A stretch of 49,240 nt of DNA from an uncultured bacterium (GCA_964606555.1 CAZSGU010000002.1:1-49240); one strand, 5' to 3'; numbered from the stretch's first letter, positions 38,359-47,469 are shown. The notes: generated by a model from the letters alone, not told the origin. Numbers and translations: made by a program.

Positions 38359-39945
38359 ATGAGTAGAAAAAAAATTACAAGAAAATATAATTTTGATACT
38401 ATTAGCGGTAATAAACTAAAAGAATATTATAGTTCTAAAGATAATGATATTAATCCTGGAGAATTTCCATATACTCGTGGAATTCATAGTAGTATGTATA
38501 GAGGAAAATTATGGACAATGAGGCAATTTTCTGGATTTAGTACTCCTGAAGAAACCAATGAGAGATATAAATATTTATTAAAAAAAGGACAGACTGGTCT
38601 TTCTGTTGCATATGATATGCCAACATTAATGGGCTATGATCCTGATCATGAATTATCAGTAGGTGAAGTTGGTGTTTGTGGTGTCAATGTTTCTTCTCTT
38701 GAGGATATGGAAACATTATTTAAAGATATTGATTTGGAAAAGATTTCCATATCACAGACAATTAATGGTCCTGCAATTATTTTATTTGCTTTCTATGTTG
38801 CATTGGCAAAGAAAAATAAGATAGATATTAGCAAATTAAGGGGAACTTTACAGAATGACGCTCTAAAAGAGTATATTGCTCAAAAGGAATGGATTTTTCC
38901 TCCATCTCCATCTGTGAAATTGGTAGTAGATGTAATTGAATTTTGTTCTAAAAATATGCCTCTGTATAATCCAGTATCAATTAGTGGTTATCATATTAGA
39001 GAAGCTGGTTCAACTGCGGCACAAGAATTAGCATTTACTTTGAATAATGGATTTACTTATATAGACGAATGTTTAAAAAGAGGTTTAAAAATTGATGATT
39101 TTGCACATCGATTATCTTTCTTCTTTAATTCCCATATCGATTTCTTTGAAGAAATTGCAAAATATAGAGCTGCTAGAAGAATTTGGGCAAACAGACTGAA
39201 AAGCCAATATAAAGCAAAGAATGAAGATTCATTAAAGTTGAAATTTCATACTCAAACTGCAGGCTGTTCTTTAACAGCACAGCAGCCTGAAAATAATATT
39301 GTAAGAACTGCATACGAAGCAATGGCTGCTGTATTAGGTGGCACAAATTCATTGCATACAAATTCTTTGGATGAAACATTAGCTCTTCCTTCTGAAAAAG
39401 CGGCTAAGATAGCATTAAGAACTCAACAAGTTCTTGCATATGAAACAGGGGTTGCAAGTGTTGCAGATCCTTTAGGAGGATCATGGTATCTTGAAGATCT
39501 CACTAATCGAATTGAGGAAGAAGCAAATCAATATTTTGATATTATCAAAAAATTAGGTGGGACAGTTAATGCTATCGAAGAAGGATATTTTCAAAAAGAA
39601 ATTGCTCATTCTGCATCAATATATCAAGAATCGATAGATACAAAGGATAGAATTATTGTTGGGGTGAATGATTTCATTGAAAAAGATGAAAAACTTGATA
39701 TTGAAATTCTAAAGATTTCTAAAAAAGCTCAAAAAATCCAAGAAAAAAAGATTGAAATGTTAAAAAAGAATCGTAATCCAAAAAACTTAGATATAAAAAT
39801 GAAAAAATTAAGAAATGCTTGTGAAAATAATTTAAATTTAGTTCCTTATTTAGTTTCAGTTGCTGAAGAAGGAGCAACAATTGGAGAAATTGTTGAAGTA
39901 ATGAAAAGTGTTTATGGAGAATGGGAAGAATCAATTGGTATTTAA
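38359..39945 (+). CDS. methylmalonyl-CoA mutase-family large (catalytic TIM-barrel) subunit without a B12-binding domain
   Basis: 528 aa with PGEFPYTRGI, WTMRQFSGF, GLSVAYDMPTLMGYD and HTQTAG.SLTAQQP.NN. It ends before any DxHxxG B12 domain. Confidence 0.8.
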   Translation: MSRKKITRKYNFDTISGNKLKEYYSSKDNDINPGEFPYTRGIHSSMYRGKLWTMRQFSGFSTPEETNERYKYLLKKGQTGLSVAYDMPTLMGYDPDHELSVGEVGVCGVNVSSLEDMETLFKDIDLEKISISQTINGPAIILFAFYVALAKKNKIDISKLRGTLQNDALKEYIAQKEWIFPPSPSVKLVVDVIEFCSKNMPLYNPVSISGYHIREAGSTAAQELAFTLNNGFTYIDECLKRGLKIDDFAHRLSFFFNSHIDFFEEIAKYRAARRIWANRLKSQYKAKNEDSLKLKFHTQTAGCSLTAQQPENNIVRTAYEAMAAVLGGTNSLHTNSLDETLALPSEKAAKIALRTQQVLAYETGVASVADPLGGSWYLEDLTNRIEEEANQYFDIIKKLGGTVNAIEEGYFQKEIAHSASIYQESIDTKDRIIVGVNDFIEKDEKLDIEILKISKKAQKIQEKKIEMLKKNRNPKNLDIKMKKLRNACENNLNLVPYLVSVAEEGATIGEIVEVMKSVYGEWEESIGI

Positions 39946-39948
39946 AAC

Positions 39949-40356
39949 ATGAATAAAATTTATACATCATTGATATTAGTTTTTGCTTTAGCTGTTTTGT
40001 GGACCATATATCTTACAAATATTAAAGAAGATGAAAAAATTGCTACTCGTTATTATACAATCAAAGAACTTATTTTAGAGGATCAATCAATTTCTAGTGT
40101 TAAAGTAGGAGGTCTTATCAAACCAAATTCAATCAATATTAGTGAATCTAATAGACTAGAAGTATGGTTCTATGTATATCAAGGAGAAGATAGTTTGCAG
40201 GTATATTATAATGGAACAAGACCAGATCTGTTTAAGGATGATGCTGAAGTTGTAGTTGCTGGAAAGTTTGATAATAACTTGATTATGGCAACTGAACTTC
40301 AAACAAAGTGTGCTTCTAGATATGAAGGCGATTTAAAAAATACAAATACTATATAA
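39949..40356 (+). CDS. ccmE: cytochrome c-type biogenesis heme chaperone CcmE, CxxxY variant
   Basis: 135 aa with a TM anchor and OB fold (VKVGGLIKP...VVVAGKF). The heme-binding position reads KCASRYEG (C121, Y125). Confidence 0.8.
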   Translation: MNKIYTSLILVFALAVLWTIYLTNIKEDEKIATRYYTIKELILEDQSISSVKVGGLIKPNSINISESNRLEVWFYVYQGEDSLQVYYNGTRPDLFKDDAEVVVAGKFDNNLIMATELQTKCASRYEGDLKNTNTI

Positions 40357-42338
40357 TGATATCTCAAATTGGAAGTTTAGCCTTAAATATTGCGAGTGGC
40401 TTAATTTTATCTACTTTTTTCTTTTTATTCTATTATCGTTTTACAAAGAATAAGATTTTTATCGATTTATCTGAACGTGCTATTATTGCTACATGTTTAT
40501 CTATAATCTTATCTACAATTTGTCTCTTGAATGAATTATTGATTAGTAACTTTAATTTACAATATGTAGCACAGTATACAAGTTATGAAACTCCTATGTT
40601 CTTTAAAGTGACATCTTTATGGGCTGGTCAGGCAGGTTCACTACTTTTTTGGTCATTTATTATGTCGATATATTCATTAATCTATATCTTTTCTACCTTG
40701 AAAAGAATCAAAGAACTCAAATATTCTTCATATTTAATTCTTGCTTTTATCTTTGGCTTTTTTCTTATCTTATCAAATTTCATAGCAAATCCTTTTGAAC
40801 CGGTTTCCTTAGATATTATTGTTCAGAATGGGAATGGTCTAAATCCTTTGTTACAAAATGTAACAATGGCAATACATCCACCAATTCTTTATCTAGGTTT
40901 TGTTGGTACTAGCATTATTTTTGTGATGACATTATCTGCTTTGATTGCAAATGAAATAAACTACAAATGGATTAGTTCTATAAGATTATGGGCACTTATT
41001 ATTTGGACATTTTTGTCAGCAGGAATTATCTTAGGTGGCTATTGGGCATATAATGAACTTGGATGGGGTGGCTATTGGGCTTGGGATCCTGTAGAAAATT
41101 CTTCTTTAATGCCTTGGCTTATGTTAACTGCATTTATTCATTCATCAATTATACAAGAAAAAAGAGGCATGCTAAAAACATGGAATGTTCTTTTAGCATC
41201 TTCAACATATTTATTTGTGATTCTTGGAACATTTATTACCAGAAGTGGAATTATTTCGTCGGTCCATTCTTTTACCGCTGAATCATTGGGTCCTTTGTTT
41301 TTTACTTTTCTATTATTGTTAATATTATTGACAGGTTTTTGGTTCTTCAAACGATATCATTTATTACAATCAAGAGATAAAATTGAATCTTTTACATCAA
41401 GAGAAGGAGGATTTTTATATAATAATCTAATCTTATTGATCATGTGTTTTATTATCTTGTGGGGCACTCTGTTTCCCATTATATCAGAAGCTTGGGATGG
41501 AAATAAAATTTATATAGGTGCAAATTATTTTAATCAGTTAAATGTACCTATAGGGATTGTGCTTTTGTTCTTGATGGGAATTGGACCTCTATTATCTTGG
41601 AAAAATACGTCTAGTTCTACATTAATTTCCAATTTTAGCATCCCAATGATTCTAAGTTTTATTTCAGGATTATTCTATATGATTTTTACCGACGAATTTA
41701 AGATCTATCCGTTTATTACATCGATAGGGATTGTATTTACATTGACATCAATTATAGGAGAACTGAAAAAATCATTTAAGAATTTATATAACAACAATAA
41801 CTCAATTTTTGAGACAATTTCACAGCTTTTATCAAAAAATCGTCATAAAAATGGAGGATATATAGTTCATATTGGTATAACATTATTATTTGTTGGATTT
41901 GTTGGAAGAGCATTCGAAGTAGAAAAAGAATTTGTACTCAGCCCAGGAGAAGAAATTTATTTTGCAAATCATATATTTAAGCTGAATAATGTCACAAGTG
42001 AAGCTAGGGACAATCATTATGCATTTATTAGTGATATGGATGTCGTTGATGAAAACAATAAGTATCTAACAACTTTATACCCTGAAAAAAGAATTTATTT
42101 TTATTGGAATCCAGATCCTGATAAACGTCAGCCTCATAGTGAACTAGATATTTATAGTACAATGAGTAAAGATATTTATTCTATATTTTCATCATATGAT
42201 GCGCAAAAAAATGAAGCATATTTCAAAATTATGATTAATCCTCTTGTTAACTGGGTATGGATTGGAGGTATCGTAATAGTATTTGGAGCTTTGTTTGCAT
42301 TTTGGCCATCTTCAAGGAGAAACTATGGAACTATTTAA
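40356..42338 (+). CDS. ccmF: cytochrome c-type biogenesis protein CcmF (heme lyase)
   Basis: 660 aa polytopic protein with WWD motif WGGYWAWDPVEN. It overlaps the ccmE stop as TAATG. Confidence 0.9.
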   Translation: MISQIGSLALNIASGLILSTFFFLFYYRFTKNKIFIDLSERAIIATCLSIILSTICLLNELLISNFNLQYVAQYTSYETPMFFKVTSLWAGQAGSLLFWSFIMSIYSLIYIFSTLKRIKELKYSSYLILAFIFGFFLILSNFIANPFEPVSLDIIVQNGNGLNPLLQNVTMAIHPPILYLGFVGTSIIFVMTLSALIANEINYKWISSIRLWALIIWTFLSAGIILGGYWAYNELGWGGYWAWDPVENSSLMPWLMLTAFIHSSIIQEKRGMLKTWNVLLASSTYLFVILGTFITRSGIISSVHSFTAESLGPLFFTFLLLLILLTGFWFFKRYHLLQSRDKIESFTSREGGFLYNNLILLIMCFIILWGTLFPIISEAWDGNKIYIGANYFNQLNVPIGIVLLFLMGIGPLLSWKNTSSSTLISNFSIPMILSFISGLFYMIFTDEFKIYPFITSIGIVFTLTSIIGELKKSFKNLYNNNNSIFETISQLLSKNRHKNGGYIVHIGITLLFVGFVGRAFEVEKEFVLSPGEEIYFANHIFKLNNVTSEARDNHYAFISDMDVVDENNKYLTTLYPEKRIYFYWNPDPDKRQPHSELDIYSTMSKDIYSIFSSYDAQKNEAYFKIMINPLVNWVWIGGIVIVFGALFAFWPSSRRNYGTI

Positions 42339-42414
42339 TCAAATTTTTATTTTTTCATTTTGTTTGATAATTGTTTTGTATGTTTTCTATCCGTTATTAA
42401 AAAAATTGAAATAA
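42325..42414 (+). CDS. 29-aa hydrophobic micro-ORF between ccmF and ccmA (hypothetical)
   Basis: Not in the ORF track. The translation is MELFNQIFIFSFCLIIVLYVFYPLLKKLK. Its ATG lies 14 nt inside the ccmF 3' end, and its TAA shares an A with the ccmA ATG (TAATG). Confidence 0.35.
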   Translation: MELFNQIFIFSFCLIIVLYVFYPLLKKLK

Positions 42415-43019
42415 TGTTAGAAGTAAAAAATCTTAGCAAATCCTTTTCAAACCTTTGTGTTATTGATAACGTTTCATGCACATTTAAACAAGGAGAAATT
42501 ATTGCACTATTAGGTGAAAATGGATCTGGAAAAACTACCATGTTGAAATGTTTAGCCAATATTATCAATATTGATCATGGTAAGATTAACTATAACAATA
42601 ATCAGTTCGTTTTTATTAATGATAAGCCAAATATATTTGGAGATTTGAATATGAAAGAAAATCTTAAATGTATTTTATCTATTTATAATCAAAAAATTAA
42701 TTTAAATAGATATAATAAATTTATTACAACTTTAGGATTAGATAATATGCAATCCGTTCCTTTAAAATATTTTTCAACAGGAAATCTTCAACGTAACAAG
42801 CTATTAATTGCATTAAATCTTGATTGGGAATATTTGTTAATTGATGAACCATTTTCTAACTTGGATAGTAATGGTTTCTCTGTTTTTAAAACGATTTTTT
42901 CGAAACTAAAAATTCAGAATAAGACTATTTTGTTTTCAACTCATAATCTTTCAAGTGTTTCTGATATATGTGACAAATCAATTAATATAAAAGATGGGAA
43001 AATTCATTATAATGATTAA
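42414..43019 (+). CDS. ccmA: heme-exporter ABC ATPase CcmA
   Basis: It has Walker A GENGSGKTT, a signature-like FSTGNLQR and Walker B LLIDEPFSNLD. The start is set to ATG 42414 (MLEVKNLSKSF), and the track's TTG 42360 extension looks spurious. Confidence 0.8.
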   Translation: MLEVKNLSKSFSNLCVIDNVSCTFKQGEIIALLGENGSGKTTMLKCLANIINIDHGKINYNNNQFVFINDKPNIFGDLNMKENLKCILSIYNQKINLNRYNKFITTLGLDNMQSVPLKYFSTGNLQRNKLLIALNLDWEYLLIDEPFSNLDSNGFSVFKTIFSKLKIQNKTILFSTHNLSSVSDICDKSINIKDGKIHYND

Positions 43020-43671
43020 TCTAATTAAAAATGAATTTTTCTTTGAAAGAAAATCATCTAATAATCTATTTTATATGACTTTTTTTTCTTTTTCATGTTT
43101 GGCAATTATGTTTTTTGCTCTTCCACCATCAAAATTATATGATATTACCATCTTATCTGCATTTTTCTGGATTATTGTATCTTTAGTTTCTATTAAATTA
43201 ATTGAGAACTCTTTTGTAAGAGAGAAAGAATATGGTATTTATGACTTAATTTATTCGTCTCCAGTGGAAAAATTTATGATATTTATAGCTAAAGTAACCG
43301 CATTCTCGTTGATATTACTTGGAATAGAAACATTTCTTCTTTTGGGATATATTTTAATTTCTGAGACAATAACGATTGTATTAGCTTTCAAAGTTTTAGT
43401 TCTTTGTTTATTGTCAAATGTGGGATTGCTTAGTCTAGGAATACTGGTTTATCTAGTTACTAGTTTAAGCAATATTAGAAGTTTTTTATTTCCTTTAATT
43501 TTATTTCCTCTGATTGTTCCTATTCTTATTCATTCATCTAACGTATTCATTTTAACTATTCTAGATGAAAAAATATCTTTATATAACGAATCAGGTTTCT
43601 TGTTATTAACTTTTGCACTTGTTTCAATTATTCTTGGTATCAATTTTTTTGATAAACTAGTTAAATACTGA
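42994..43671 (+). CDS. ccmB: heme-exporter permease CcmB
   Basis: About 220 aa with six hydrophobic helices, lying between ccmA and ccmC. An alternative ATG at 43012 gives an 8-nt overlap with ccmA. Confidence 0.7.
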   Translation: MGKFIIMINLIKNEFFFERKSSNNLFYMTFFSFSCLAIMFFALPPSKLYDITILSAFFWIIVSLVSIKLIENSFVREKEYGIYDLIYSSPVEKFMIFIAKVTAFSLILLGIETFLLLGYILISETITIVLAFKVLVLCLLSNVGLLSLGILVYLVTSLSNIRSFLFPLILFPLIVPILIHSSNVFILTILDEKISLYNESGFLLLTFALVSIILGINFFDKLVKY

Positions 43672-44318
43672 TGAACTTAGCTTTATTTATATTATCCATA
43701 ATTTTAATGGCCTTCAATTTAGTTTGGATTGTTTCTTTCACTCCAATGGTACCTGACCAAGAATGGGCACAAAAAATATTTTATCTACATGTACCTTTAG
43801 CTTGGGTTGGTTTCTTGTCTTATTTCTTTGTGATGCTTTCGGGCGTATCATATCTTGGTTCTAGAAATCTGAAATACGATAGAATAGGTCATGCAGCAGC
43901 TGAAATTGGCACATTATTTACTGGTTTGGTATTGATAACAGGCCCTATCTGGGCAACTCCTATTTGGGGGCAACCTTGGGTATGGGAACCAAGATTGATA
44001 ACAACTCTAGTTTTATTTCTTATTTATATAGGATATTTTATTTTGAGAAATGTTGGTTTATATAGACAGAGAGTAGCACTAGTATGTGCTATTGTTGGTA
44101 TTATAGCATTCCTAGACATTCCTATAATTTTTGCATCAGTTAATTTTTGGGCTGCGGAGATTCAGTCTCATCCTCAAATGGGAATGTCAAAACAACCTTC
44201 AGGTATTCTATATCCTTTTTTATTTTCTTTATTTGCTTTTACGAATCTTTTTTTTACTATGTTATTTTTCAAAATAAGAGTTTTATATTCTAAAGATAAG
44301 AAGGACAACTATGTTTAG
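43671..44318 (+). CDS. ccmC: heme-handling protein CcmC
   Basis: 215 aa with FYLHVP and the Trp-rich motif WGQPWVWEPRLITT. Confidence 0.85.
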   Translation: MNLALFILSIILMAFNLVWIVSFTPMVPDQEWAQKIFYLHVPLAWVGFLSYFFVMLSGVSYLGSRNLKYDRIGHAAAEIGTLFTGLVLITGPIWATPIWGQPWVWEPRLITTLVLFLIYIGYFILRNVGLYRQRVALVCAIVGIIAFLDIPIIFASVNFWAAEIQSHPQMGMSKQPSGILYPFLFSLFAFTNLFFTMLFFKIRVLYSKDKKDNYV

Positions 44319-44415
44319 TTATTTGAATTATTTTTTAGCAGCATTATTTATTGTATTTTTTGCAATTGTTGCTTGGTTTATTTTTAATATTAAAGCATTA
44401 GAAAAAACAGACTAG
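44311..44415 (+). CDS. ccmD: 34-aa single-TM peptide, CcmD-like
   Basis: Not in the ORF track. The translation is MFSYLNYFLAALFIVFFAIVAWFIFNIKALEKTD. It overlaps the ccmC stop by 8 nt, in the canonical ccmD position. Confidence 0.5.
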   Translation: MFSYLNYFLAALFIVFFAIVAWFIFNIKALEKTD

Positions 44416-44439
44416 ATAAAGGGGAATTTTAGAAGAAAA

Positions 44440-45504
44440 ATGGAAAGAAAAATTGTACATGTAGTAGGTACGGGAACAATTGGTGAACCACTAATTGGAA
44501 TCTTATGTGAGCAAAAAAGTAATCTTGGGATTGATGAAATAACGTTTCACAAACATACTCCATTAACGAGTGATAAACCAAAAGTGCAAAATTTGATAAA
44601 AAAAGGAGCAAGATTATCATCTCTTAAAGAGAAAATAGATGACTTTAAAGCAATTGGTTTGGAACCTGAATTTACTATAGAAGAAGCTGTTGCAAGAGCT
44701 TCTGTAGTGATTGATTGTACTCCTAAAGGATTCGGCCATGCTAATAAGAAAGCATTCTATGAAAAATATACTGATAAAGTAAAAGGCTTTCTTGCACAAG
44801 GGAGCGAAGATGGTTTCGGAAAAAAATATGCAAGAGGGATTAATGATCATGTAATTACAAAAGAAGATCAGTTTCTACAAGTTGTTTCGTGCAATACTCA
44901 TAATCTTGCATGTTTAGTTAATACAATTGCTTTAAGCGTTGCTCCAGATAATCTTTTGAGTGGTAAATTTTTATGTATCAGAAGAAGTAATGATATTAGC
45001 CAAACTGGAAGTTTTGTTCCTGCTCCTACGGTTAATGATCATGATGATAATATTTATGGTACCCATCATGCAAGGGATGCAGTAGGACTATTTAAAACAA
45101 TGGATCTCGATTTAAATCTTTTTTCTTCTGCATTAAAGATAAATAGTCAATATATGCATGTTGTTTGGTTTAATCTTGAGTTAAAAGAGCAAACCGATAG
45201 AGAAAAAGTTTTACACTTACTTCAACGAGATAAGAGAGTAGCATTGACAGAACACCATTCAACAAATACAGTTTTCTCTTTTGGTAGAGATCAAGGCCAA
45301 TATGGAAGGATTTTAAATCAAACAGTTGTTGTTGAAGATTCTATTAATGTCAAAAATGGAAATGAAGTAACAGGATTTTGTTTTACCCCTCAAGATGGAA
45401 ATTCTATCCTATCAAGCATTGCTGCCACTGTAAGATTCCTCAATCCACACTCTTACCAAGATAAAATTAATTCCTTATCTAATTTCTTTTTTGATAGAAT
45501 CTAA
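44440..45504 (+). CDS. class II (archaeal-type) glyceraldehyde-3-phosphate dehydrogenase homologue
   Basis: 354 aa. The blocks VVGTGTIG, VVIDCTPKG, QVVSCNTHNL (Cys151, TGC 44890-44892), IRRSNDI and THHARDA follow the order of archaeal GAPDH (GYGTIG, VIDCTPEG, VVSCNTTGL, VRRGADP, HHGPDV). Confidence 0.6.
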   Translation: MERKIVHVVGTGTIGEPLIGILCEQKSNLGIDEITFHKHTPLTSDKPKVQNLIKKGARLSSLKEKIDDFKAIGLEPEFTIEEAVARASVVIDCTPKGFGHANKKAFYEKYTDKVKGFLAQGSEDGFGKKYARGINDHVITKEDQFLQVVSCNTHNLACLVNTIALSVAPDNLLSGKFLCIRRSNDISQTGSFVPAPTVNDHDDNIYGTHHARDAVGLFKTMDLDLNLFSSALKINSQYMHVVWFNLELKEQTDREKVLHLLQRDKRVALTEHHSTNTVFSFGRDQGQYGRILNQTVVVEDSINVKNGNEVTGFCFTPQDGNSILSSIAATVRFLNPHSYQDKINSLSNFFFDRI

Positions 45505-46139
45505 TGTTTCAATACAAGAGAATTGTTACAGAACTTTTAGAGGAAAATACTTATATACTCTACAATGAAGATAAAGAATGTATTATAATTGATCCTGGAT
45601 ATGGTTTTGGATTGATTGATTCCTTTATTTTGTCAAATAATTTAAAGCCATTAGCAATTTTGGCAACTCATGCTCATATCGATCACATTGCAAGTGCTTC
45701 TAATTTTATTGATAAGTATAATATCGATTCATATGTATGCGAGAATGAAAAACTTATCGCTGAGAATTTTCACAGAGCTGTAGATTATTGGGGAATGAGT
45801 GATGTCATAAAAAAACCCAATGTATCTCATTGGATTAAAATTGATCAGACAAATCTCCAAATAAGTAATTTTAACTTCTCAATTATATTTAATCCTGGGC
45901 ATTCTCCAGGAAGTGTTAGTTTTGTGATAGAAGATTTGGTTTTTTGTGGAGATTTGATTTTCAAAGGTTCAATTGGTAGGACAGATTTGCCTCTTGGTAA
46001 TCCTATTGATATGAAACAATCGCTTAGTTTTTTTGTAAATTCTTTTGAACAGGACTGTAAACTTCTTCCTGGACACAGGGAAGAAACAACTTTACATGAA
46101 GAATTAAAGTATAATCCTTTTTTAAGAGATGAAGAATAA
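45504..46139 (+). CDS. MBL-fold metallo-hydrolase (YcbL / glyoxalase II-like)
   Basis: 211 aa with THAHIDH, GHSPGS and GDLIFKGSIGRTDLPLG. It overlaps the previous stop as TAATG. Confidence 0.8.
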   Translation: MFQYKRIVTELLEENTYILYNEDKECIIIDPGYGFGLIDSFILSNNLKPLAILATHAHIDHIASASNFIDKYNIDSYVCENEKLIAENFHRAVDYWGMSDVIKKPNVSHWIKIDQTNLQISNFNFSIIFNPGHSPGSVSFVIEDLVFCGDLIFKGSIGRTDLPLGNPIDMKQSLSFFVNSFEQDCKLLPGHREETTLHEELKYNPFLRDEE

Positions 46140-47469
46140 GATTATTAATAAAACCAAAGAATTATCCTCAAAAAATAGTCATCTACACTTTTTATTAGCT
46201 GTTTCAGGTGGAATGGATTCAATGGTTATGTTGGATTTTTTTAATAGAAATCAGTCTCAATTAAATTGTAGGTTATCTGTTTGTCATGTAAATCATAACT
46301 ATCATGCTAAAAGCTTGAAGATGTCGCAGATTGTATCTGAATATTGCAATAAAAATAATCTTGAATATTTTAACGTCGTACTTAAAAAAAGACTATTAAA
46401 AAATAATGTGGAATCACAACTAAGAAAGAAGAGATACAATGAATTAGGGAAAATACAGAAGAAAATTAATGCAGATTATATTCTTACTGCACATCATTTT
46501 GATGATCAAGTGGAGACAGCTTTGATGAGAATCTTGAACTCATCTAGTCTTGAATCAATTATGGGTATTAAAACTCTAAATAATGTAGTATTTAGACCAA
46601 TGATCGATGTTTCGAAAGAAGAAATTAAACTGTATGCTAAAGAACACAAGATTAATTACGGTATGGATCCAACAAACAACGATCTATCTTTAACAAGAAA
46701 TTTTTTGAGAAAAAAGATAATTCCTTTATTAGAAAAGATTAAGCCAAATCTTAATAATCCTTTCAAAGATTTAGAGGATAAGATTAGTGATGTGAATGAT
46801 TTGCTTGATTTTTCAACAAAAGAGTTTATTAATTCTAATTATGTTACAATAAATGGAAAAATAACTTATATACAAAAAGAATATTTCCTAAAACTTCCTT
46901 TTCTAATGAAAATTAATATTTTGAGAACAATAGTATCAGAAAAAAAGAAATTCTATTTTTCCAAAAATTTACTTAGGGAATTAAAGTTCTTCTTAAATAA
47001 ACAAGTAATTGGTAGCACTAAGATTATTAATGATTTTCTTATTACAGTTGATAGAGAATTTATCGTTCTCACCTCAAATATAATAAAAGATGATATATAT
47101 TGTGAAGTAGAAGAAGGAAGAGCAGTAGAGAATGATAATTTCTATTTTTGTTGGAATTATGATAAGAAACCTAAAAATTTTTCTAATAATTCTAATATTG
47201 AATATGTAGATGCAACAAACTTTAAAAGTCCATTAGTATTAAGAAGTATAAATAAAAATGATCAATTCAGTCCTTTAGGAATGAATGGAACAAAAAAAGT
47301 TAATGATTATTTAACTGATAATAAGATATCTTTAATCAAGAAATCAAAAATATTAGCGGTTTGTAATAATAATGATATTATTTGGGTTGCAGGAGAAAGA
47401 ATAAATAATAATTATCGATTAACCAAAAATAGCAAAGTAATTGCTAGATTGAATTTCTTGAGGAAATAG
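46129..47469 (+). CDS. tilS: tRNA(Ile)-lysidine synthase
   Basis: 446 aa with PP-loop LLAVSGGMDSMVM and TAHHFDDQVET. It lies next to ftsH, as in many bacteria. Confidence 0.85.
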   Translation: MKNKIINKTKELSSKNSHLHFLLAVSGGMDSMVMLDFFNRNQSQLNCRLSVCHVNHNYHAKSLKMSQIVSEYCNKNNLEYFNVVLKKRLLKNNVESQLRKKRYNELGKIQKKINADYILTAHHFDDQVETALMRILNSSSLESIMGIKTLNNVVFRPMIDVSKEEIKLYAKEHKINYGMDPTNNDLSLTRNFLRKKIIPLLEKIKPNLNNPFKDLEDKISDVNDLLDFSTKEFINSNYVTINGKITYIQKEYFLKLPFLMKINILRTIVSEKKKFYFSKNLLRELKFFLNKQVIGSTKIINDFLITVDREFIVLTSNIIKDDIYCEVEEGRAVENDNFYFCWNYDKKPKNFSNNSNIEYVDATNFKSPLVLRSINKNDQFSPLGMNGTKKVNDYLTDNKISLIKKSKILAVCNNNDIIWVAGERINNNYRLTKNSKVIARLNFLRK

